DNA from: Alphaproteobacteria bacterium
Lineage (GTDB): Bacteria; Pseudomonadota; Alphaproteobacteria; CAAHEQ01; UBA3637
DNA: 64,000 bases
Direction: 5' to 3'
Assembly (NCBI GenBank): GCA_045631185.1
Contig: JAZQUH010000026.1
Coordinates: 12,624-76,623 of the forward strand
The notes below the pieces were generated by a model. That model had not been told where the DNA came from, did no database searches, and saw only the letters and a list, made by a program, of their open reading frames with translations. The position numbers and the translations under genes were made by a program. Positions 45,349-53,850 of this stretch are shown one piece after another. Position 1 is the stretch's first letter, and each line of letters opens with the position of its first letter.

Positions 45349-48180
45349 TTAATTTTTAATACATTTATGGGTTATTGGATCTTCACGGTATGAAGATGTA
45401 ACAACTTCAGTGGCTCTTATATCCAATTCACCAACAGCCACGTGAATGCTCGAAGACTTTGTCCCACTGACGGACCAAGATGACAATACTTTCAAACGCC
45501 AATAAGAATGAGCAGTAGGTGAATTCACCGACACAGTATAAGAAGCACCAGATTCATTGGAGGGATTTGTTCCCGTGGCAACCGTTATCCAATTTGAATT
45601 ATTATCAGAATATTGCAATTCAAAATCCGCAACACCCAAATTTCCCACACCTCCAGAACCATATATTCGATTATGAATAACAATAGAAATTATTTTTGTC
45701 GGTGTTTTCGTATACCAAGACAACCATTTATTTGATTCTTCTCGAGTATGCCAACAATCTATTTCTGGGTTGCTATTAATCTTGTCAAATGCCCGCCATG
45801 CCTTTCTGTTGCTGTCTATTTCAGAAGAAGCCTGTGTTGCAAACGCACTGACTCCAAACGTACCATTACTGGTCAATTTAGGCTGACTCCATTGAGTCTC
45901 TATTTCTCCCACACAATTGGCACAATCAGTGGTACAAGTACCATTGGAACACACTTCACACAAACCAGTACAATCTTCATTCACCGTACAGCTTTGACCA
46001 ACCGTAGCATTTAAGCATTGACATGAACCAAGGTAAGAACAATCGGCGGTTTGCGGTTCTGAGCATTTAATACATTCCGTGGATGAACAATCAGCATTTT
46101 CATTTGTATCTATACATACACCCGCACCACGAACAAAAGGTATCTTTATTTGTTGGGTATTGGTACATACCGTACAATTATAATCATTACATTCATATTG
46201 TTGATTGTTGTCCACACACACGCACGAACCGTATTTGGCACAAACAGGGGTTTGATCATCGCTACATTCAATACAATCGCCCGAATTATTGCACGCCATA
46301 TTACCACATGAACACACGCCATCGGAACAATCCAACATCCGGCCCGGATCACACGGCAAACACATTGTTTCATTGCAAACCGCCTCTTTACCCGCCGGCA
46401 AGCAAATACAAATGGAACCGTCTTCATTGCATCCTGGGTTTTCATCCGCTTCACAGAAAATACATTGTTTTTGTGAACAATATCCTGTTTTATCATTTGG
46501 AACACAGATACAATCACCCGATTGTTCACCTTCGCAACAGGTTTCTTCGGCTTGGGTACAATAGGCTGTTTCACCTTCCTCACAAACAATGCATTCACCA
46601 TGGTTTTCATAACATGAACAATAATCACCACCCTTGGTACATTCAACATTGGTGGTACCAGCATCCACACATATACATTCGGACACGTCATGTGAATATT
46701 GGGGACATTTTAATTCCTGACCTGAGGCACATTTTTTGCAAAGATCTCCATATTCACCCGTACATATAATTTCTTCACTTTCGTCTAAACATTCACATTT
46801 ACTTTCAGGAGGTTCATAATAACCACCAGAAGTCCAACAACGGGCTTTTTTATCCGACGGACATGAAATACAGGCATCACCTTCACCATAATAGTAGTCA
46901 ACGCACGCACTTTCTGCATTTTCCGGCACGCACTTGCAACCCGAAGATACAGAAGAATAACACCACATACAATTATCAACATACTCCGGACAAATGGCTT
47001 TTTGTCCCTCAGGACAAACTGTACATACATCTGATGTCAAAGAACCACAACCGCATGAATCATAACCATCAATACAATCGGCTGTTTCACCATCTTTTAT
47101 ACAAGCACACCCAGCGCCAGAACACACTCTGGTTTCACCGGGACCACAAAATGTACACACGGAATAATCATCACATTGGGTGTTTTCATCGGAATAAACA
47201 CATGCACACCCTCCCCCTGGTGTGGTCCAATCTACGGCATTTGCACAAACGGGTGTTTGATCCTGAGGACAACTCACACAACTGTGCGAACTACAATCAT
47301 AATTATTACCGCAAACGCATGGTGTGTGTTCATAGTCTCTGTAAGAATCGCTATCAGAATAACCAGAACAATGTGCTGGTCCTTGTTCGGCCGTACATTG
47401 AACACAATAAGGTGTTCCATATCCTCCAACACAATCATAGGTATCACCATCGGCAACACAAATTATTTGACCATTATCTAATTCAGATTCAACACAATCC
47501 ACGCACTGTCCCTTACGACATGTTTGCCCTTCATCACACAAAACATCAGAACAACAATCCGAAGGATTTGACAAACAGGCGGAAACGCCATTGCCTGCAT
47601 CCTCACACCAATATGCATTATTTGCTTCACACTCTTCAGGATTATTAATGCTATTCAAAAGCTTTTTCGTTGACAAATCCCGATTATATACCACTGCCAT
47701 TTTTGCCGATTCATAGCAATCATTGGCAGAGGTCATCGGGCTGCGCTCACGTGATTGCAAAGAACGAATAGTCTGATTATTACCGCCACTGCCCACAATA
47801 CCAAACACTCTTTTACAAACATTTTTGGGAACACCATCCATAATAATGGCAAATTGCCAATCATCCGGCCCCGGTGGCGTTGAAAACTTTGAGGGTTTTC
47901 CAATTGAAAAATTAATACCATCTACATAATCTGAATTTTGGGAATATTCTGACAATGTCGGTGCAAGTCCCAACATCATTGATGAAGAAACCGTTGCCGC
48001 ACGTAAAGTCACTTCATGCATCAAATTATTGGCTTTGTAACGTTCCATTGCTGTTTTATATCCCGCAACACCACCCACGGATAAAACACCCATAACAGCC
48101 AACACACTCAACGTTTCAAGCATCGTGCGACCATATTCTGTAATCTTTTTCTTTTTTAATAACGTTACAGACTTTTCCAT
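45349..48180 (-). CDS. prepilin-leader cysteine-repeat modular protein, subfamily B, member B2 (943 aa) with a C-terminal discoidin-like domain
   Basis: ...KKKKITEYG|RTMLETLSVLAVMGVLSVGGVAGY. Pilin-like module. About ten C-x2-C-...-C-x-C-[VIL] modules. C-terminal AWRAFDKINSNPEIDCWHT...FELQYSDNNSNWITVATG...YWRLKV...GELDI resembles an F5/8 type C domain. Confidence 0.8.
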   Translation of the reverse strand: MEKSVTLLKKKKITEYGRTMLETLSVLAVMGVLSVGGVAGYKTAMERYKANNLMHEVTLRAATVSSSMMLGLAPTLSEYSQNSDYVDGINFSIGKPSKFSTPPGPDDWQFAIIMDGVPKNVCKRVFGIVGSGGNNQTIRSLQSRERSPMTSANDCYESAKMAVVYNRDLSTKKLLNSINNPEECEANNAYWCEDAGNGVSACLSNPSDCCSDVLCDEGQTCRKGQCVDCVESELDNGQIICVADGDTYDCVGGYGTPYCVQCTAEQGPAHCSGYSDSDSYRDYEHTPCVCGNNYDCSSHSCVSCPQDQTPVCANAVDWTTPGGGCACVYSDENTQCDDYSVCTFCGPGETRVCSGAGCACIKDGETADCIDGYDSCGCGSLTSDVCTVCPEGQKAICPEYVDNCMWCYSSVSSGCKCVPENAESACVDYYYGEGDACISCPSDKKARCWTSGGYYEPPESKCECLDESEEIICTGEYGDLCKKCASGQELKCPQYSHDVSECICVDAGTTNVECTKGGDYCSCYENHGECIVCEEGETAYCTQAEETCCEGEQSGDCICVPNDKTGYCSQKQCIFCEADENPGCNEDGSICICLPAGKEAVCNETMCLPCDPGRMLDCSDGVCSCGNMACNNSGDCIECSDDQTPVCAKYGSCVCVDNNQQYECNDYNCTVCTNTQQIKIPFVRGAGVCIDTNENADCSSTECIKCSEPQTADCSYLGSCQCLNATVGQSCTVNEDCTGLCEVCSNGTCTTDCANCVGEIETQWSQPKLTSNGTFGVSAFATQASSEIDSNRKAWRAFDKINSNPEIDCWHTREESNKWLSWYTKTPTKIISIVIHNRIYGSGGVGNLGVADFELQYSDNNSNWITVATGTNPSNESGASYTVSVNSPTAHSYWRLKVLSSWSVSGTKSSSIHVAVGELDIRATEVVTSSYREDPITHKCIKN

Positions 48181-48203
48181 AAAAACTCTCCCTTATAGGG
48201 TGT

Positions 48204-48233
48204 ATATTATCTTACTATTTAACCTATTGTCAA
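48204..48233 (-). promoter_or_regulatory. sigma70-like promoter (minus strand) TTGACA-N18-TAATAT for B2
   Basis: Reverse complement: TTGACA (48233-48228), 18 nt spacer, TAATAT (48209-48204). Confidence 0.45.
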
Positions 48234-48340
48234 GCAATAATTAAAAAAAAAGATATATCAATGAAGATTTTCTATAATCCTTCAAAAGATTTTGGCACCT
48301 TTAACTGGACTTTTATTTAAAAATTACATATAATAAAGAC

Positions 48341-50167
48341 ATGTTGACGCTGGCGCATATCAGATTACAAATGGGAAACCAACTGTTGTTGGAAGATGCT
48401 TCCGTTTCAATTTCTGACGGATTAAAAGTTGGGATTGTGGGCAAAAACGGATGCGGAAAATCAACCTTGTTCAAGGTTATATTGGGGCAATTGGATAATT
48501 TTTCCGGTGATGTAGAAATTCCCAAAAACAAAAAAATTGCCTATGTGGAACAGGAAATTCAAGATCTGAATGAATCTATTTTGCAATTTGTTTTATCGCG
48601 TGATAAAGTTTTAATGAAATGGCGTACAAAATTACAATCCGCCGAACCTCATGAATTGCCAGAAATTATGGAACAGCTATCTTTTTTGCGCAGTGATTCC
48701 GCCGAAGCCAGAGTGGCCGAAATTTTATCTGGTCTTGGATTTTCTCAATCGGATTTAAGTCGACCTGTGCATGATTTTTCCGGTGGTTGGCGAATGCGAT
48801 TGGCTTTGGCCGGTGCTTTGTTTCAAACTTCGGATTATTTGTTATTGGATGAACCCACCAACCATTTGGATTTAGAGGCCGTTTTGTGGTTATCCGAGTA
48901 TTTAAAAAAGTATTCAGGCACATTATTGATTATCAGTCATGATAAAGATTTGTTAAATACAATATGTAATCATATTTTGCATTTTGAAGGAAAGCAACTT
49001 TCTTTATATCGTGGTAATTTTGATACCTATCAGGCCAACTTTACCTTAAAGCGGGAAAACCAATTAAAAATGGCCGAAAAACAAAAAGCAAAACGGGAAC
49101 ATTTGCAATCATATATTGACCGTTTTCGTTATAAAGCCACTAAAGCAAAACAAGCACAAAGCCGTATTAAAATGTTGGCAAAATTAAAAGAAGAACCTAT
49201 TGTGGATTTAGAACCGACAGATGTTTTTTCTTTTCCCGAAACACAACTGTTACCTGCTCCCTGTTTAAAGATTCAAGATGGTTCCTTTTCATATGTGGCC
49301 GATATTCCCGTTTTAACAAAATTGAATTTAACCATCGGGAATAATGATCGAATTGCTTTGTTGGGAAAAAATGGAAACGGCAAATCCACCTTGGCAAAGC
49401 TGATGGCTTCTCAGTTGATTTTGAATGATGGTACCTTAACAAAATCACCCAAATTTAAAGTCGGATTTTTCAATCAGCATCAAAATGAAGAATTACCACA
49501 ATCTGAAACACCTGTTTCATATTTAAGTCCGATGATGTTGGGAAAACGTGAATCAGAAATTCGTTCTTATTTGGCCGGATTTGGATTGATGGCGGATAAA
49601 GCCATTACACAAATTCGATATTTGTCAGGGGGCGAAAAGGCCCGTTTATTGTTGGCCAAAATTTGTTTGGATAAGCCCCAGATTTTAATTTTGGACGAAC
49701 CCACCAACCATTTGGATATGCAAGGTCGGGAAGCTTTGGCCGATGCCTTAAACACTTTTAACGGTTCGGTTGTTTTAATAACACATGATTTTCATATATT
49801 GGAATCTGTTTGCGATACTTTGTGGATTGTTGATAAACACACCTGCAAAGAGTTTGACGGTGATTTGCAAGATTATAAAGATTTATTGCTGGCTAAAACG
49901 AACAAAAAAGAACCCGATAAACCACAAATAGCAAAGCCGATTTGCCAAAAAGACAAAACAGAGAAACTGCCCTATATCAAAAAGCATTTGAAGGAATTGG
50001 AAAAGCTGGTTGATTCATTACATGTTCAACGCGATGGGCTGATTCAATCATTGATTCAGCCAAATCAAGTGGATTTTGCAAAGATTCAAAAACAAATCAA
50101 AGAATTGGAAATGCAAATTGCACAAGCGGAAAACGAATGGACAATCTGGGCCGATAAAATGCCATAA
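48341..50167 (+). CDS. ABC-F family ATPase (two fused ABC cassettes, no membrane domain)
   Basis: Walker A GKNGCGKST and GKNGNGKST, signatures FSGGWRMR and LSGGEKAR, charged inter-domain linker and C-terminal coiled coil. Confidence 0.9.
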   Translation: MLTLAHIRLQMGNQLLLEDASVSISDGLKVGIVGKNGCGKSTLFKVILGQLDNFSGDVEIPKNKKIAYVEQEIQDLNESILQFVLSRDKVLMKWRTKLQSAEPHELPEIMEQLSFLRSDSAEARVAEILSGLGFSQSDLSRPVHDFSGGWRMRLALAGALFQTSDYLLLDEPTNHLDLEAVLWLSEYLKKYSGTLLIISHDKDLLNTICNHILHFEGKQLSLYRGNFDTYQANFTLKRENQLKMAEKQKAKREHLQSYIDRFRYKATKAKQAQSRIKMLAKLKEEPIVDLEPTDVFSFPETQLLPAPCLKIQDGSFSYVADIPVLTKLNLTIGNNDRIALLGKNGNGKSTLAKLMASQLILNDGTLTKSPKFKVGFFNQHQNEELPQSETPVSYLSPMMLGKRESEIRSYLAGFGLMADKAITQIRYLSGGEKARLLLAKICLDKPQILILDEPTNHLDMQGREALADALNTFNGSVVLITHDFHILESVCDTLWIVDKHTCKEFDGDLQDYKDLLLAKTNKKEPDKPQIAKPICQKDKTEKLPYIKKHLKELEKLVDSLHVQRDGLIQSLIQPNQVDFAKIQKQIKELEMQIAQAENEWTIWADKMP

Positions 50168-50220
50168 TAACTATCTTCTATAAATTTATAAAACAAGTGG
50201 AAAATCAACGGAGTTACATC

Positions 50221-50339
50221 TTTGGGTACAGCGTGCTTTGCGAATACCGAGCAAAACATTTAGAGGATTTCAAAAAGTTGGCGTTAAAGGTGGAACTTTT
50301 AAAATTTTAATTCAGGATGTCAACGTCCCAAATTAATTG
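50221..50339 (+). repeat. repeat R1, copy a (~119 bp)
   Basis: Aligns with 52018-52135 over the full length and with 50754-50815 over the first ~62 bp. Confidence 0.85.
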
Positions 50340-50425
50340 TCTCTTAAAATTTGACTTTCTTTTAATTTGTGGTATAATAACCTAAGAATTCAAAAATTAT
50401 TAACAGATATAAAAGGAGTTATCAA

Positions 50426-50707
50426 ATGGATTATGGACCACCATCAACCCCAAAAGATTTAGAACGTCAAAAAAGACAAGATGATAAAAGACATAAGAAA
50501 GAGAGAAAAGAAATAGAACGTAAAGCTTTGGAAGGCGTTATGTCTTTATTAGGGTGTTCTAAAGAGGAAGCAAAAGAGAAATTAAATGAAATTTGTAATG
50601 AGAGGCTAAAAGAAGCTATCAAAGAACAAAAAGCCCCATTAAGAAGAAGACCTTCTCAAATAAGTCTGCTATCTCAAGCTTTGGCAAAAAGACGTGAAGG
50701 TCGCTGA
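50426..50707 (+). CDS. hypothetical basic K/R/E-rich protein (93 aa)
   Basis: AAAGGAG Shine-Dalgarno before the ATG. Highly charged helical sequence. Lies between R1 copies. Confidence 0.5.
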   Translation: MDYGPPSTPKDLERQKRQDDKRHKKERKEIERKALEGVMSLLGCSKEEAKEKLNEICNERLKEAIKEQKAPLRRRPSQISLLSQALAKRREGR

Positions 50708-50753
50708 TATATTGACAAATGTCTCAGAATGTGATGCTATCACTCATATCTTA

Positions 50754-50815
50754 TTTGGTACAACGTGCTTAGCGAATACCGAGCCAAACATTTAAATGAT
50801 TTCAAAAAGTTAGCA
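50754..50815 (+). repeat. repeat R1, copy b (truncated)
   Basis: tttggtacaacgtgcttagcgaataccgagccaaacatttaaatgatttcaaaaagttagca. Confidence 0.8.
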
Positions 50816-50835
50816 CAACAAATATAAACTCCTAT

Positions 50836-51795
50836 TTATCTTCCATTTACTAATGGATGTGGAATTTCGCATTGATGCTTAGAGCTTAGCTTTGTTGTTA
50901 TATTTGGATTAACAACTTTTGTATTATAAAATCGAATGCCGGGTGTATTTGAAAATAAAGGGCTTATTGTCCCAACGCACTTTTGAGAAAACAATGTATA
51001 TATCATTTGTCCGAGTGTTGGTTTTTGAGCTTCATAAAATTCCTCTAATTTCTTAAATACATTCAACAAATGTGGCGGAAACTCTAGTCCAACAGGCAGA
51101 GAATCATTACCTACTGAAATTCTTTTTTTCAATACGTCAAAAGAAGTCATTCTGCTGTCAAAAAGGCGATCATCTAATTGAACAGGTGTTCTCGAGTTGA
51201 GTGGTGCATCTTTTTTCAGGCCTATATCCAAAAAATCATCCTCTCGGATTTTGCCATCTTCATGGTAAGGATAAAGAAGGATTTTATAATAATTTCTGTT
51301 CAAATCACCGGTTGGAAAAATTTCTTTTTTATCAGCTAATTGTTTAATTTCTTCTGGAGTATGTTCAGCCGGATTAAAACCACTCACTTTTCCATCAATT
51401 GATTGAAACCAATTGATTTCGCCTACCTCTGAAATCGCTGCTAAATAAGTCAGCCCATTACTCATCTTGATTTGTGAAAACATAGGACGCCCTGGCATTG
51501 CAAAAGTATTTGTATGAGGCATCGGTAAAGTGTTTTGGGGCATACAATAAAAAAAATGTAAAAACTTATCTATTGTCTTTTTTTCTAAAGGTTCTTCTGG
51601 AGTTGTATAAATTCGCTTTATTTCTTGAATGCTAGCGGGTTCTATAATTTTATCTGCAATCGTTTTTTGGGTATAGAAAGTGGCTTTCTTAAAAAATGCC
51701 CCAAAACAAAAAAGATGTTTTATATCTTCAAAAGGGCTACTCTTTTTGACACTTTTTGAAGAATTAACAGTTACGGAATAATTTGCAGTAGACAT
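50836..51795 (-). CDS. hypothetical protein (319 aa)
   Basis: Long ORF with no signal peptide and no recognisable motif. Bounded by R1b and R2a. Confidence 0.55.
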   Translation of the reverse strand: MSTANYSVTVNSSKSVKKSSPFEDIKHLFCFGAFFKKATFYTQKTIADKIIEPASIQEIKRIYTTPEEPLEKKTIDKFLHFFYCMPQNTLPMPHTNTFAMPGRPMFSQIKMSNGLTYLAAISEVGEINWFQSIDGKVSGFNPAEHTPEEIKQLADKKEIFPTGDLNRNYYKILLYPYHEDGKIREDDFLDIGLKKDAPLNSRTPVQLDDRLFDSRMTSFDVLKKRISVGNDSLPVGLEFPPHLLNVFKKLEEFYEAQKPTLGQMIYTLFSQKCVGTISPLFSNTPGIRFYNTKVVNPNITTKLSSKHQCEIPHPLVNGR

Positions 51796-51871
51796 TCAAA
51801 CAACCTTTCATTTAGGTGACAACATGATTTTAACCTAAAATATTATAAAAGTCAATTTTTTCCTGGAACTC

Positions 51872-52025
51872 TCGTCGGACTCGAACTTGAATAAGTTATT
51901 GTTTTTAAAGTACTTTGCATTTAAGAGTTCGATAAATTACGGTTTTTAAGGTTTTTTCTTACCCACACAAATGCTTGGAAACAAATAAAAAAACCACCCG
52001 ATTGGGTGGTTTTGATTTTTGGTAC
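51872..52025 (+). repeat. repeat R2, copy a (~154 bp)
   Basis: Aligns with 53401-53571 (cggact(c/t)gaacttgaataag ... tttaagagttcgataaattacgg ... gcttggaaa ... hairpin ... ttttggtac). Confidence 0.8.
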
Positions 52026-52135
52026 AGCGTGCTTAGCGAATACCGAGCCAAGAATTTAGAAGATTTCAAAAAGTTGGCATTGGAAATTGACCTCTTAAAA
52101 TTTTAATTCAGGACGTCGACATCCCAAATTAAATT
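52018..52135 (+). repeat. repeat R1, copy c (~118 bp)
   Basis: See copy a. Starts at the ttttggtac that ends R2a. Confidence 0.85.
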
Positions 52136-52157
52136 TTTTCCACCACGGAAAAAACTC

Positions 52158-53312
52158 TTACTCAAAGATACACTCTTTTCCCACATATTTACGGTTTGGA
52201 CATTTATCACATTCTTGTTTGGAGCTTTTATAATTTCTTACTGCTTCAAAATGGGTCATTCCACCGCCAGTAGTTTCTCTAAAAATATCTCCACTGCAAG
52301 GAATACAGGTTCCTGTCTCATTTTTAAAAGATTCTTTTGGACATTCTTTCAGACTACACCTATTTTGACTATATTCGCGATTAGAACATAGTAAACATTC
52401 TTCTTTAGAACTTTCGTGGTCTAGTGGGTCACCACAGCGCAGACAATATCCATCTTTATGTTTAAATTTCCCTTCTGGGCATTTTTTTAAAAAGCACATG
52501 TGTCCATCGTATTCGCGATTAGCACACTTTGAACATTCTTCTTCATCAGTACCTAATCCATACCATCCGCCTCCAAAAACGGGGTTCTTCTCTTCAGAAC
52601 ACTTAACGCAATGACAAGCTTGATAAAATAAATTATATCCAATGAATTCATTTTCTCCACATTTACATTTTTCTTTAATTTTAGCGATTAAATTTTCTTT
52701 TTTTAAACGACATTGACCATGATCTGCAATATATTCACGATTGGGACATTCATTACATACAGATTGTTGAACAAAATAATAATCTCCATCATTATCACAA
52801 GCAAAACAATCCAATCTGTCTGTTTTTATCATTCCATCTGGACATTTTTTTAAAGCACAGTATCCGTTCGTATTTTCACGATTTGGGCACAAATCGCATA
52901 TTTTGGGAGATACTTGAACAGCATTCAAAAAATTGCAATCATGGTCTGCCATCGGTTTATCTTTTAAAACACAAAAACCATCTACATATATATGTTCTGA
53001 ACATCTTCTGCACTCCTCTTCAGTTGTGATGGTATTATATGAATGGTCACAAGAGTTGCACCACCAATTATATTTTCCTAGTTGGTTTAATCCTCTGAAC
53101 TCATTTTTTTTACACTTTATAACACAGTCTCCATCTATATATTCCCGATCAGAGCACTTAATACATTCTGTTTCTTCTATATCTTGAACTCCAAAAAATG
53201 AATTACAAGATAAACATTTCCCTTTATATACAACTGGCCTATCAGCTGGGCATTCTATTGCTAAAACAGGAAACGAAAAACATAATAATAATAAAAAGAA
53301 TAATTTTTTCAT
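52158..53312 (-). CDS. Sec-signal cysteine-repeat protein (about 384 aa) built from EC-x2-C-x-NREY ... C-x-LK-x-CP-x-G modules
   Basis: MKKLFFLLLLCFSFPVLA signal peptide; the ATG at 53312 follows a GGGAG Shine-Dalgarno. About 8 repeats such as EEECSKCANREYDGHMCFLKKCPEGKFKHKDGYCLRCG. Confidence 0.7.
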   Translation of the reverse strand: MKKLFFLLLLCFSFPVLAIECPADRPVVYKGKCLSCNSFFGVQDIEETECIKCSDREYIDGDCVIKCKKNEFRGLNQLGKYNWWCNSCDHSYNTITTEEECRRCSEHIYVDGFCVLKDKPMADHDCNFLNAVQVSPKICDLCPNRENTNGYCALKKCPDGMIKTDRLDCFACDNDGDYYFVQQSVCNECPNREYIADHGQCRLKKENLIAKIKEKCKCGENEFIGYNLFYQACHCVKCSEEKNPVFGGGWYGLGTDEEECSKCANREYDGHMCFLKKCPEGKFKHKDGYCLRCGDPLDHESSKEECLLCSNREYSQNRCSLKECPKESFKNETGTCIPCSGDIFRETTGGGMTHFEAVRNYKSSKQECDKCPNRKYVGKECIFE

Positions 53313-53400
53313 AAAATCTCCCTTTCTCTTTTTCATTATCGTACCAGATTATTTCATAAAACACAATGGGTTATTTTATTTGCGATTAGATTTTGGGGTT

Positions 53401-53571
53401 CTTGCCGGACTTGAACTTGAATAAGATATTGATTTATAAAGAAATAATTTTTAAGAGTTCGATAAATTACGGAAATAGGCACTTTTGGAAGGGGTGTTTA
53501 TCGAACCCTTATAAAGGCTTGGAAAATAATAAAAAAACAACACCCAAGATGGGAGTTGTATGTTTTGGTAC
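53401..53571 (+). repeat. repeat R2, copy b (~171 bp), abutting tRNA-Leu
   Basis: See R2 copy a. Its terminal ttttggtac is the tRNA 3-prime end. Confidence 0.8.
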
Positions 53572-53652
53572 CTCCAGCCGGACTTGAACCAGCACCTTAT
53601 CACTAAGAGCAGATTTTGAGTCTGCCGCGTCTACCAATTCCGCCATGGAGGC
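53566..53652 (-). tRNA. tRNA-Leu (anticodon CAA), 87 nt with long variable arm and encoded CCA
   Basis: Reverse complement GCCTCCATGGCGGAATTGGTAGACGCGGCAGACTCAAAATCTGCTCTTAGTGATAAGGTGCTGGTTCAAGTCCGGCTGGAGGTACCA folds as a cloverleaf. It has a 7 bp acceptor stem, anticodon loop CTCAAAA and T-loop TTCAAGT. Confidence 0.93.
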
Positions 53653-53666
53653 ATAAGGTGAGTGTT

Positions 53667-53695
53667 ATTATACAAAAATTAAATCCGTCTGTCAA
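53667..53695 (-). promoter_or_regulatory. consensus sigma70-like promoter (minus strand) TTGACA-N17-TATAAT for tRNA-Leu
   Basis: Reverse complement: TTGACA (53695-53690), 17 nt spacer, TATAAT (53672-53667), 14 nt upstream of the mature tRNA 5-prime end. Confidence 0.65.
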
Positions 53696-53850
53696 GAGAT
53701 AATTTTATTTTTTTATAAAAAAATTTTTACTTGATTTTTTTGACAAAATATCCTAATCTAACCTCACCAACAAGGAGGAATACAATGGAAGATCGTTTTT
53801 AATAGCCCTATACATGGATAATTTCAATTATTAATTAAAGGATATCTGAT

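Larger units (their letters stand above)
50197..53571. mobile_element. mosaic of three small repeat-bounded cargo modules adjoining the 3-prime end of tRNA-Leu (integration-scar-like; no recombinase gene present)
   Basis: A TTTGG(T/G)TAC core is shared by the tRNA 3-prime end and every repeat junction. Decayed copies of the tRNA T-arm segment lie at 53404-53416 and 51875-51887. See the repeat features. Confidence 0.4.

Noticed and set aside
46083-47648. Long plus-strand ORFs (46083..46769, 46289..46564, 46863..47648, 47176..47481) and an alternative-frame minus ORF (46146..46691) inside B2
   Set aside because: Their translations are His/Asn/Thr/Tyr/Pro-rich low-complexity strings. That is what the complement or a frame shift of a TGY/GAY/GGN-rich cysteine-repeat gene produces. 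The minus-strand frame 45349..48180 has the coherent domain structure. The same reasoning applies to short ORFs inside A1, A2 and A3 (for example 16793..17122, 20063..20299, 38125..38499).
50311-50339. Near-palindrome GGATGTCAACGTCC (R1a), which appears as its approximate reverse complement GGACGTCGACATCC in R1c (52111-52124)
   Set aside because: It may be a recombinase site or a small terminator hairpin after the relic ORF. With a 5 bp stem and only two copies I cannot tell an inversion from chance drift in a palindrome.
52018-52050. R1 start (tggtacagcgtgcttagcgaataccgagcc) as the 3-prime half of a second tRNA
   Set aside because: Apart from the shared tggtac, the reverse complement does not fold into a T-arm plus acceptor stem. 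The segment instead keeps a protein reading frame across copies.
53785-53802. Five-codon mini-ORF (MEDRF*) with a strong AAGGAGG Shine-Dalgarno upstream of ybaB
   Set aside because: It could be a leader peptide. A single short ORF without conservation data or an associated RNA structure is not interpretable.
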